Below are positions 1 through 9,449 of a stretch of 23,840 nt of DNA, piece by piece; the stretch's first letter is position 1, and every line of letters starts with the position of its first letter. This stretch comes from Octopus sinensis. Its lineage: Eukaryota. The stretch spans positions 1 through 23,840 of the forward strand of contig NW_021836507.1 of NCBI RefSeq assembly GCF_006345805.1, read 5' to 3'. A program made the position numbers and the translations under genes. The notes beneath the pieces were generated by a model, which made no database searches, had not been told where the DNA came from, and saw only the letters and a program-made list of their open reading frames with translations.

Positions 1-156
1 TCGGCCTTGGTGGTTTTGTTGTTGTTATCGTTTCAACCCTTCTTGTTATTGCTTCTCTCACTATCGTTGTTGTTGTTGTTGGCCTTTTGCTGTTATTATT
101 TTTGTTTTGTTTTTGCTCTTACTCCTGTCGTTGCTGTTACCGTTGTTATATTCGTT

Positions 157-252
157 TTCTTCTTCTTCTTCTTCTTCTTCTTCTTCTTCTCTTCTTCTTC
201 TTCTTCTTCTTCTTCTTCTTCTTCTTCTTCTTCTTCTTCTTCTTCTTCTTCT
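157..252 (+). repeat. (TTC)n microsatellite, preceded by a degenerate (GTT)n tract (1-150)
   Basis: Near-perfect TTC run seen directly; explains ORFs 7..270 and 87..290. Confidence 0.97.
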
Positions 253-407
253 CAGGACTCACGCCATTAGCCACAAAGAATAATTTCTAATTTGAGCCTA
301 CTCTAAGCTACTAAGAATGCGTGTGGCAACTTAAAGATCCACCCACCATACGCAATAGAATGGCGGTTGCACGGACGCGAAAGCTACGTTGTTATCCTAA
401 TTCCGTA

Positions 408-434
408 AACCCTAACCCTAACCCTAACCCTAAC
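408..434 (+). repeat. Interstitial telomeric-type repeat (CCCTAA)x4
   Basis: aaccctaaccctaaccctaaccctaac, the reverse complement of metazoan TTAGGG. Confidence 0.9.
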
Positions 435-550
435 TTTTAACGGGTGGAGAGCTGAACTATTCTAGGTTACAGAAGATTCGCAATCTAGACTAGGGTCTGA
501 AAGTTTACCACACCATAGTCGGTTACACCATAGGTCTTCTGCTTAGTGAC

Positions 551-753
551 AGAAGTAGGAAGAAAGAGTAAGAGAAAGTTGTGGTGAAAGAGTACAGCGG
601 GGTTCACCAACTCGAAAGGATGAAAGGCAAAGTCAACCTCGGCGGAAGTTGAACTCAGGACGTAACGGCAGACGAAATACCTATTTCTTTACACCCTTAG
701 GTGTTTTTGCTCAATAAACACTCACAATGCCCAGTCTGGGAATCGAAACCGCG
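551..753 (-). mobile_element. Fragment of tRNA-derived SINE family C (same as 11955-12263), interrupted by a family B fragment at about 611-680
   Basis: 551-608 (agaaagagtaagagaaagttgtggtgaaagagt) and 695-753 (cttaggtgtttttgctcaataaacac...tctgggaatcgaaacc) match consecutive parts of 12080-12210; 611-680 matches 1405-1475. Confidence 0.75.
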
Positions 754-754
754 T

Positions 755-1085
755 TGCTGTTGTTGTTACTGTTATAGTTATTGTTGTGACGCTGTTGTTG
801 CTAAAGTTGCTGGTTTTAACTATTGTTGTTCCGCTTCTCAATCTTGTCTTTGCTGATGCTGTTGCTAATGATGTTAAGTCTTCGGTTGACGTTATTACAA
901 TAAACTATTGCCTTTGTCATTGTTATTCCCGTTATTATTTCTGTTATCATTACTGTTGCTATTTCCATTATTATCATTTCTGTTGTCCTTACTGTTGTTG
1001 TTACACTTCCTATTTTTGTCATTAGAGTGGCTGTAACCGTTCTTTTCATTGTTGGATTGTTTTCTATTATTCTTAGCATTGTTAC
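755..1085 (+). repeat. Degenerate (GTT/ATT)n low-complexity tract
   Basis: Runs of gtt/att/gct triplets; ORFs 786..1025 and 816..1115 are by-products. Confidence 0.8.
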
Positions 1086-1087
1086 AA

Positions 1088-1225
1088 GGCGGCGAGCTGG
1101 CAGAATCATTAGCACGCCGGGCGAAATGTTTAGCGGTATTTCATCTGCCGTTACGTTCTGAGTTCAAATTCCGCCAAGGTCGACTTTGCCTTTCATCCTT
1201 TCGGGGTCGATAAATCAAGTATGTA
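1088..1225 (+). mobile_element. tRNA-derived SINE, family B (head and central domain)
   Basis: Head ggcggcgagctggcagaatcattagc (A-box-like), B-box-like gagttcaaattcc, then gtcgactttgcctttcatcctttcggggtcgataaa. Four further copies in the window; the central motif resembles Meta/Nin-type SINE cores (from memory). Confidence 0.85.
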
Positions 1226-1304
1226 TTAATACCAACTATCATAAAAATAACAATAGTAAGCGTAATAACAACAACTGCAATACAACTAAAGTAACAATGC
1301 TTAA

Positions 1305-1507
1305 GAATCCTTTCTACTCTAGCTACAAGGCCCGAGATTTATGGGGAGAGGTGGGGCAGTCGATTAGATCGACCCCAGTACACAACTGGTACTTAATTTA
1401 TCAACCTCGAAAGGATGAAAGGCAAAGTCGACCTCGGCGGAATTTGAACTCAAGACGTAACACCAGACGAAATACTGCTAAACATTTCGCCCGGCGTGCT
1501 AACGTTT
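1305..1507 (-). mobile_element. tRNA-derived SINE, family B, near full length
   Basis: Reverse complement of 1095-1225 plus 3' part (ctttctactc...acaaggcccgagattt); degenerate AAC/AAT tail at about 1230-1300. Confidence 0.85.
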
Positions 1508-1569
1508 CTTATTTCTTTACTGCCCACTAGGGGCTACACACAGAGGAGACAAACAAGGACAGACAAACG

Positions 1570-1682
1570 GATTAAATCGATTATATCGACCCCTGTAACT
1601 GGCACTTATTTAATCGACCCCGAAAGGATGACAGGCAAAGTCGATCTCAGCGGAATTAGAACTCAGAATGTAGCGGCAATCA
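1570..1682 (-). mobile_element. tRNA-derived SINE, family B, fragment
   Basis: atcgaccccgaaaggatgacaggcaaagtcgatctcagcggaattagaactcagaa matches the family B core. Confidence 0.8.
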
Positions 1683-1882
1683 AATTCTCAAGTCTCGTTT
1701 AAAATTGGTGCATAATTTGTTGGGAATGTTTTACTTTTTATGATAATATATATATCCATTTAATATCCAAGATATTCCGCATATTTATTAAAAGGCAGTC
1801 TTTCTCATAGGGGGATTGTATATTACTTTCGCAACAGCCAGCCATGTGAGAAAATATTAATGATAATTTTAGTTATCTGTAA

Positions 1883-2182
1883 GTGAAGGCGCATGGCTAA
1901 GTGACCTTGGCGGTGCGTTGTGTTCTTGAGCAAGACACTTATTTCTCGTTGCTCCAGTTCACTCAGCCAGCAAAAATGAAATGTACCTGTATTTCCAAAG
2001 GGCCAGCCTTGTCGCATTCTGTGCCACGCTGAATCCCCCTGACAACTACGTTAAGGGTTCGTGTGTCTGTGAAATACTCAGCCACTTACACATTAATTTC
2101 ACGAGCAGGCTAATTAATTGATCGGATCAACTGGAACCCACATCGTAGAAACGAAACCACATAGTAACGAACGGAGTACCAG
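1883..2182 (+). mobile_element. tRNA-derived SINE, family D (internally deleted head)
   Basis: gtgaaggcgcatggct head; shares ttcttgagcaagac...cactcagc...cacgctgaatc...aactacgttaagg...actcagccac...gatc.actggaacc with 8700-8985. Confidence 0.75.
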
Positions 2183-2499
2183 TGCGAGCCCTATTATCTG
2201 TAATGCCAGCCTTAGAAATAATGATATAATTGATATTTTCGATTGTACCTTGAGGGTTTAAGGGCTTCACCTTCGCTTTTGTTCGTTTAGCATTTCCTAG
2301 CTATATCCTGCATTTGTGTTGCTCAAGCATAACCTTCTAAATGTAACGTCATGTAACGGTCAGGAGTTCAAGTCTTAAAACTACGTTAATGTTAGCAGTA
2401 AGCACAAATGTACAAGAAAGAAACCTAAGCATTGGCATCATTTAAGCTTTCCAGTGAGGCACGCTTCTTCAGTCATTTTCAGGCCGCAAATGAAGTCAT

Positions 2500-4250
2500 G
2501 AAAAAATAAATATCTTTTCAGCTGTCCTCAGCCGATATATAAAATAAAGTTCTTTTTTCCTCTGAGTACTTCAGGTGCCGTCTGAATGGTCCCATATATC
2601 ACTCTAAAGCTGTCTGCACTGAACTTAAATTTCTTCTTCATTTGTTCCTTCTGATACAGAGCCTGTTGATATCACTATTTCTTGAGAAACTTAATGCCTA
2701 GATATTGCTAATTCAAATATTTAAGAAGTGGATTTCCTATATACATCTGTTATGTACACCAAATGTTTGTATCAGTACTGGTATTACAATTGCATTGTAG
2801 GGTAGTTATTAGTAAAATGGAAAGACATGTTTTTAAGTCTAGCACAATATTCTTTTGTTCGTCAATACTGTTGTATGTATAGCACTTGTTATATGGAACA
2901 AGGAGATCCAGCATTTTAAAGCTTTTATGCAAATCTGTTGTCACATATAATGTGTAAAGTTAAAAATCCATGACTAGGATATAAGCACTGTAAGTTTCTC
3001 ATTTGTTCAGTATTCGGCGCTCTCCCCCCCCCAATTTTTTTTTTTGAGATAGTCAAATAACGTATAGCGCATCAGTTTACACTAAGTAATTCCTTCATCT
3101 TGTCAGTTAAAGTATCTTATGCTGAGTTATATTTCTAACCGTTTGATATTTCACAGAGGAGCCAGTCCTTTGCATGAATCACTTAAGCTCTCGTATAGCC
3201 CAAGTCCTCTTTTCCTTCCTTCAGAAAAGTTCACATACGAACTCATCAAATTTCACTTCAGTTGCTATGGAATATTGCGTAAGGATATCCAATAACTTTT
3301 TGATGTGGTTAATACCTGCCTCAAAAATTTCAGATTGTTTACAAAGAAAATTTGACATGTTTCCGGATTCAGGCAGTCATTTTCGTAAACGCGGTTTTGT
3401 GAGAAGTTATGACGAACTTAACAAAGAGCAGTACCAACAAGTTATCCCCCCCCCCCGCAAGATACCTTTTTAGTAACGTATGGTGCCAGATATGAATCTC
3501 TTATTATCACATCTGAGAAGTACTGAGGTATTTTGATTAAGTTTTGAATAGTGGGTGTGGAACTTAGTTAACAATAATGCTTTCATATTCTACCCATGTA
3601 GTTAGTATACTTACCAAATAAATACTTTCTGTTAGTCAAACCAATCTATAAGCCAATTCCGGTATTTTTTTCCTTTTTTCGCTACATTATTTTGTTGATT
3701 AGTATCTGCTCTATACTTCTGTCCTTACTTCTCCTGGCTCAGGTGTTACAATATTGTTAACGGTACAATGATTAAGCACCTAGTACTACGTCTTATACAT
3801 AATGTTGTATCAGGCTATTGGGTGGTAACTTTTAGCTGTGAACGGCCTGGCCTTTTTTTTAGGGTTACGTCACTTGACAGACATCTGAGCATGTACTTCT
3901 CATACACTTTTTCTACAGTGTCCTCAATTCCCAGTTATAAAATGTGAAATTCTTGAACCTATATCTTCTTATATCTTCTTATAAATGACTAGGTCTGAGT
4001 ATTTTCTGTTTGTCATTTTTCTTAATGCTTGTTTCCATTTCTGTTCTATTAACTTCATATCGCTTTTCTTTAATATGTTTGCAGAAACTCTGTTCTAGTT
4101 CTTCCATCTATACAGTTTGCATGTTAAATCTACCATTTCCCCCCTCATACTAACTCTAATACGCCTCAACTTGATCTTCTGATGTCTTGTACAGAAATTG
4201 ACAAGTTTACGTCGAAGATTTAATGCACAGTTTTGGAATCTCTGAGAAAC
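2500..4250 (-). pseudogene. Highly degenerate R4/Dong-clade (RLE-type) non-LTR retrotransposon reverse transcriptase region
   Basis: Minus-strand translation across stops and frameshifts gives, in the expected order: AKSYHPIA*YNIMYK (cf. NYRPITCLNTMYK), EQILINKIM (cf. EQLLINKMI), NWLIDWFD*QK (cf. AWIDYKKAFD), AIVIPVLIQTFGV (cf. LAIPVLTYSFG), SDINRLCIRR (cf. SDVDRLYLPR). Confidence 0.75.
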
Positions 4251-4267
4251 AGTCTATTCAGCATTTC

Positions 4268-5140
4268 TTTTTTTATTTATTTATTGAATCTGTAGGGGAC
4301 AGTACCTATGTTGCTTTCAGGCCCTCAGAGACCATTGGGATTGATGCCATTAATGTTCCATTTAAGATTTTGCAGATACAAACCTGCAGAAAAGTCAAAG
4401 ACAGTGAGAAGATTCCTTGAGAACAATGTTCTGAGGGAAAAGAGCACTCAGGAGAAAAGATGTCAGTGGAAGCCCGAGAGGTTGGACACACAAAGTGTGA
4501 TGACATATTAAAGACAGGTGGGTCAGGAGTGCCTTAGTGGCAAAGGTAGAAATCAGCCCGCTCACAAAAACAGAGCGCATGCGTAGAGAGGGGAGACAGC
4601 ATGCTTGTGAACCAGGAGCTGGAGCGTGTCTGTTAGTGATGAAATATCAATTAGCAGTGTGGCTCGTCTCTAGACACGACCCAGGATGCCTGTGCCAAAT
4701 GTGCAAGTATTACGCCATTGTGGGCCTCGCTTGACCCTTTTGGAATGCCATCAGCTATTGCGGATGAAATATTTTCTGGTCCTGAAGAATAGGTGCAGTC
4801 TTTAAGATGCTGTCCTATCCAGCTATACTAAGGATGTGCTTTCGACACGAGAGATCTTCAGTGATAGAAGCAGTGAGGGTTCTAGCTAAGCGATGCGCAT
4901 GTTTAACTGGGATCTGGTTTCTCAGTGAGTTTTTTTTATATAAGTAGTGCTTGAGTTTGTTTTTGCTTTTTTGTTTTGTTTTTTTAGCTATTGAAATAAA
5001 GTTGGTTTGGCTCCACTGAAAGAAGCCCTAATCGACGTTTATGGAATCAATGTAGGTTTGAAATATGATGCCTCCTGGATGACATATGATTGGTGAAAGT
5101 TTTGGAGAATAAAGGGTCATGTTGTCTACATATAAGTAGG
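4268..5140 (-). pseudogene. CR1/L2-group LINE, 5'-truncated 3' end (RT C-terminal half and A-rich tail)
   Basis: Minus strand: YLYVDNMTLYS (YADD box), FQWSQTNFIS, KTQALLI, ITEDLSCRKHI, LVHKHAVSPL; ends in aataaataaataaaaaaa at 4285-4268. Confidence 0.75.
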
Positions 5141-5199
5141 CATTGTTGGATAAGAAAGAGGGTGTGGTACGAAATCGGCCAACAGAATTTTATCGTTTT

Positions 5200-5612
5200 T
5201 ATCTTTTACTTGTTTCAGTCATTAGACTGCGGCCATGCTGGGGCACCGCCTTGAAGAATTTTAGTCGAACAAATCAACACCAGTACTTTCATTGTTTTGT
5301 CAAGCTTGGTACTTATTCTATCGGACTCTCTTTTGCCGAGTCACTAAGTTACGTGGACGTAAGCACAACACCGGTTGTCAAACGGTAGTAGGGGACAAAT
5401 ATAGTCCCAAAGACACAAACACACACACACACAACACACACACACACACACACATAAACAACGGGTTTCTTTCAATTTCTACCAAATTCACTCGCAAGTC
5501 TTTGGTCAGCCTGAGACTATCGTAGAAGACACATACCCAAGGTGCTACGCAGTGAGACTGAACCCCGAAACATGTGGTTCAGAAGCAATTTTCTTAACAC
5601 AGCGCTACGCCT
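5200..5612 (-). mobile_element. tRNA-derived SINE, family A (CORE-like, Octopus OR/OK-type)
   Basis: cttttacttgtttcagtcattagactgcggccatgctggg...gtagaagacacatacccaaggtgctacgcagtgagactgaacccc; reverse complement of 11538-11915; internal (CA)n. Confidence 0.85.
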
Positions 5613-5640
5613 CCACCAATAAAGAAAGGTACATTGAAGA

Positions 5641-5713
5641 CTTCCCGGCGGGAAATCGAACTCCGGTCCCCCGCGCGAGAGGTAGGGACACTTACATACT
5701 ATACTATTGAGGA
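5641..5713 (-). pseudogene. tRNA-Asp-derived pseudogene (anticodon reads CTC)
   Basis: Minus strand tcctcaatagtatagtatgtaagtgtccctacctctcgcgcgggggaccggagttcgatttcccgccgggaag aligns end to end with animal tRNA-Asp(GTC) (TCCTCG.TAGTATAGTGG...GTTCGATTCCCCG.CGGGGAG); mismatches in the acceptor, D and anticodon arms. Confidence 0.8.
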
Positions 5714-6284
5714 AATTGTTAAAATATTTTACGTATTGTAGAAATATAACTTGTTTATTCCACGTAAAATTTTAACAACAAAATCTTATACAGACCCCCA
5801 AAGGTTATGTGAACCCCGTTTCAGATCAACGGATTTATATCATGTAATTTTTGTGCACTTTGACTACGAGATGCGTAGCTTAGGTTTTGTCCGCTCCGTG
5901 CCGTAACCAAAGCGACCACTTCTGTTCTTAAACGTTATCATGACTTCGACTACAGTACAGCAAACACACACACGCACGCATACACATGGACACACACACA
6001 TACACACACACTCATGCACACACATAAAGTGGCCACTCTGTGCGCCTGGAACACCTCACACCTCACACCAGTCTACGCCATTGTTGACAGGGTATCTTTT
6101 AGGTCATTTCCTGTTATTTCATTCGTTACACCTAGCTTAAGTTCGAAAGCCACTTTACTTATAATTGTTTTAAATAAGTTGTCAGGTGAAAAGTTTCAAC
6201 AATAATCACATGAAATCCCTGGATGGTATTAAGAAGATTTTGGCATTCATTTGTTTGTTGTGGACCATAATTATAAAGAACAAG

Positions 6285-6425
6285 TTAGTGTGCTTGTGTG
6301 AGTAACAAACTTGGTTTCCAACCGCGTGATTTTAGGTTCAGTCCCACTGTACGGGTCATTCCACGAGTGTCTTCTATTATAGAGCCGGACCAAACAAATC
6401 CTTATGAATGGATTTGGTAGGCATA
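6285..6425 (+). mobile_element. SINE family A, 5' half, followed by (CA)n (6425-6527)
   Basis: ttaggttcagtcccactg...gagtgtcttctattatag...aatggatttggtag matches the family A head and core. Confidence 0.75.
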
Positions 6426-6482
6426 GACACACACACATATACACACACACACACACGCACACGCACGCACGCACACACACAC

Positions 6483-6527
<45 letters not shown>

Positions 6528-6566
6528 ATTCTGATTGAATTTTTGATTCCAGAACGTATTTAATAA

Positions 6567-6703
6567 GTGTGTCCCAATCCTGCTTTTTCTCACGGACAGC
6601 TCTGTGTCGGATGCTCTAGAGTTGGAAATCCAGAAACTTTATTCATCTATGCACCCAAGGCAAAACCCAAAATATTGTGTATCACGAAGCCCTGCAAAAA
6701 TGA
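6567..6703 (+). pseudogene. Helitron RepHel (Pif1-like helicase) extreme C-terminus, remnant
   Basis: FSHGQLCVGCSRVGNPETLFIYAPK then, after a one-base frameshift, GKTQNIVYHEALQK*; matches the Helitron ending FSHGQLYVA.SRV...KT.NIVY.E.L. Confidence 0.8.
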
Positions 6704-6719
6704 AATTTTGGAACAAAGA

Positions 6720-6978
6720 TGCAATTTCAACCAATCACTGACGTCCATTGAGGTAAACAACATTCTGTGCCGTATGAATATGTCCCTCGTTTAAGAAACA
6801 GATTGGGTTTATTTGCATTTGTAAAGAAAAAAGATACCCTTCCCCCATCCCCTAACCCTAACCCTAACTAACCCTAAAATAGATTGAAATGTAATAGATT
6901 GATACTAAGGCCATAATAATGGGTGACTATTTCATATGACACCGCTAGAAAAAACTGCCGTTCAAACCGAAAAGATTC
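6720..6978 (+). mobile_element. 5'-truncated copy of the MITE at 7369-7817, includes (CCCTAA)n
   Basis: High identity by eye to 7537-7816; ends in the right TIR aaaaactgccgttcaaaccgaaaagattc. Confidence 0.9.

Positions 6979-7040
<62 letters not shown>
6979..7040 (+). repeat. Compound (TA)n(TG)n microsatellite
   Basis: Seen directly. Confidence 0.97.
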
Positions 7041-7057
7041 TCACACATGCATGTATT

Positions 7058-7360
7058 GGTACAGGACGTCACCATCAGTAAACAACATGAAATACGAAAA
7101 CAATGAGTTCAATACGCAAACAACGAGAGAAACAAATGGAGAACAGGACAAGTAACATAAAGAACGATCCTTCGTTCAGTTGTTGGCTGTCTATCTACTC
7201 CTTAATTCGAGCATTGAACGACATTATGAGCCTTCGTTCGAAGATAGTTGCTCCCATAAGTACCAAAATAAAATTGGGATTTATCGAGGGTCAGAGTTGG
7301 GAACACAAACAGGACATTGGAAACATACAAGAAAACCGAACGAAACAAACATGAGGGAGA
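7058..7360 (+). mobile_element. Unclassified interspersed repeat, family E (inverted copy at 22880-23252)
   Basis: ggtacaggacgtcacca.cagtaa...gagagaaacaaatgga...gagggtca.agttg.gaaca.aaacaggaca.tgga.acatacaag.aaaccgaacgaaa is shared in reverse complement with 22960-23250. Confidence 0.85.
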
Positions 7361-7368
7361 CAGGAAGG

Positions 7369-7817
7369 GGATCTTTTCGGTTTGAACGCCAGTTTTTAAC
7401 ATAATTTCTAGGTAACTAAAAAATTTTAAACTTGGTATACTGGTAGAATGTGTTTATAAAACATCTTTTTCTCTTGGCTTTATTGAGAAAATTCTATGGT
7501 TTGTAAGATATTTGTTGTTGTTTTTCTTCAATTTCTGCAATTTCAAACAATCACTGACGTCTATTGAAGTAAAAAACATTCTGTGCCGTATGAATATGTC
7601 CCTCGTTTAAGAAACAGATTGGGTTTATTTACATTTGTGAAGAAAAAAAAGATACCCTTCCCCCCACCCCTAACCCTAACCCTAACCCTAACTAACCCGA
7701 AAAACCCTAATCCTAAAACAGATTGAAATGCAATAGATCGATACTAGGGTCATAATTATGGGTGACAATTTCATATGACACCGCTAGAAAAAACTGCCGG
7801 TCAAACCGAAAAGATCG
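7369..7817. mobile_element. Complete non-autonomous DNA transposon (MITE), 29-bp TIRs, 8-bp TSD CAGGAAGG, internal (CCCTAA)n
   Basis: Left TIR 7369-7397 ggatcttttcggtttgaacgccagttttt vs right TIR 7789-7817 (26/29 complementary); caggaagg at 7361-7368 and 7818-7825. Confidence 0.9.
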
Positions 7818-7837
7818 CAGGAAGGAAAACAGACGAC

Positions 7838-7868
<31 letters not shown>
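7838..7868 (+). repeat. (GATA)n microsatellite
   Basis: Seen directly. Confidence 0.95.
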
Positions 7869-8350
7869 CAAAGTTATAGGTAGCTACTGAGATGTATATG
7901 TGCGTGTGTGTGTGTATGCGCGCGTATATATACTGTTGAAGACTCTGGTCCCTGTTTCTCTGCCCTTAATCTCGTTTCCTCCCCCAAACCTTCCTCACAA
8001 ACATTATCATAAACGTTGGCTGCTTGTTTTCACACGCTTGCTTAAAAAACAATTTCAAGTCTGACTGACGTGCGTTACACTAGTTACATTACTTATGATC
8101 TCAGAGGTAAGGTTTAGGTTGGTTGTCCACTGACACACGCGCTCCACCACCACCAACACCACCAACACCGTCGCCACCATCGCTTCCGATGGTAGCGGTT
8201 ACCCTCCCCCCGTTCTTATATAACATCCACCGACGGTTTGTGAGTTGTTGTTTTTAGGGGTTTTCTTCTGAAATAAATAAATCTGTCCCACTTGGACGAC
8301 TTGCATCGACTGCCCCCCCGAAGCTGACTAATCTGTGAAGAAAAGGAAGT

Positions 8351-8352
<2 letters not shown>

Positions 8353-8392
<40 letters not shown>

Positions 8393-8653
8393 ACACGTAC
8401 ACTTAATCATACACTCAGATACACACACACGTACGCACGCTCACACACACGCTCACACACACACACATACACTCATACACACAAACAAACACACATACAC
8501 TCATACACACGTACACTTAATCATACACGCACACACACACACACACACAAACACAAACGCACATACACTCACACACATACACACGCACACACGCACACAC
8601 TCATACACACGTACACTTAATCATACACTCAGATACACACGTACCTTGCGTGC

Positions 8654-8688
<35 letters not shown>

Positions 8689-8690
8689 GA
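8353..8690 (+). repeat. (CA)n-derived complex satellite followed by (TG)n
   Basis: Three copies of cacgtacacttaatcatacac (about 8394, 8508, 8608) inside CA repeats; TG run at about 8656-8685. Confidence 0.9.
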
Positions 8691-8699
8691 CGCGTGGAT

Positions 8700-8985
8700 T
8701 AGAGGCTAGGGTGATCGGCTCATGATCGTAAGGGCGTGAGTTCGATCTCCGAGCAAGACAGTTTATTTTTCGTAGTTGGGGTCCACTCAGCTGGCAAAAA
8801 AAAAAAAAGTTGTGCCTGTAATTCTAAGCTTTGTCATTCTGTGTCACGCTGAATCTCCCTCAGAACTACGTTAAGGACACGAGGGTGCACGGAGAACTCA
8901 GCCACGTGAAATTGAACTTTATGAGAAGGCTGTTCCGTTGGTCGGATCGACTGGAACCATTGTCGTTGTAACCGACGGAGAACCA
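8700..8985 (+). mobile_element. tRNA-derived SINE, family D
   Basis: tRNA-like head (ctagggtgatcggctcatgatcgtaagggcgtgagttcgatctcc), gtccactcagctggcaaaaa, 3' part shared with 1883-2182. Confidence 0.8.
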
Positions 8986-9069
8986 GGCCAGGCCATTGGA
9001 ATCTATTTTATGTATTTTCATGAACATTATTAGAGTACTCAATACATGTGTATCACGATATATTTACTA

Positions 9070-9235
9070 TCAGCTTGAGTCGAAACAGGGGCAGCTGAAG
9101 AAGGGGAATGTTCCCTCTGTTGTATGTCTTGTACTCTGTTTTTTCGTTGTTAAAAAGAGTCCGTTTCTTTGTTTGGTTTTATGTGTTCGTTTCTCGTTGT
9201 GTTCTACGTTTATTTGTGGTGTCCTGTACTCATAT
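9070..9235 (+). mobile_element. Short repeat ending gtgtcctgtactca, sharing its terminus with family E
   Basis: T-rich body and end gtcctgtac(t)cata match gtcctgtacccata at 23240-23253; followed by TA-rich repeats. Confidence 0.4.
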
Positions 9236-9239
9236 ATGC

Positions 9240-9324
9240 ATGTATATATACATATAGATGTAGGTATGTATATATATGTATGTATGTATGCATATGTTTT
9301 ATTTATTATATTGTTATTATATAT

Positions 9325-9379
<55 letters not shown>

Positions 9380-9396
9380 ATATATATATATATATA

Positions 9397-9446
<50 letters not shown>
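9240..9446 (+). repeat. (TATG)/(CA)n/(TA)n compound microsatellite
   Basis: Seen directly; explains ORFs 8996..9481, 9070..9462, 9169..9474 and 9306..9530. Confidence 0.95.

Positions 9447-9449
<3 letters not shown>

Noticed and set aside
7-290. Poly-F/S/L ORFs
   Set aside because: Translations of (GTT)n and (TTC)n.
6200-6240. Minus-strand HPGISCDYC resembling a ZZ zinc-finger start
   Set aside because: Immediately followed by TGA, with no splice support; likely chance.
408-7720. (CCCTAA)n tracts as true telomeres or chromosome fusion scars
   Set aside because: Only 3-5 units each, and two lie inside copies of a MITE.
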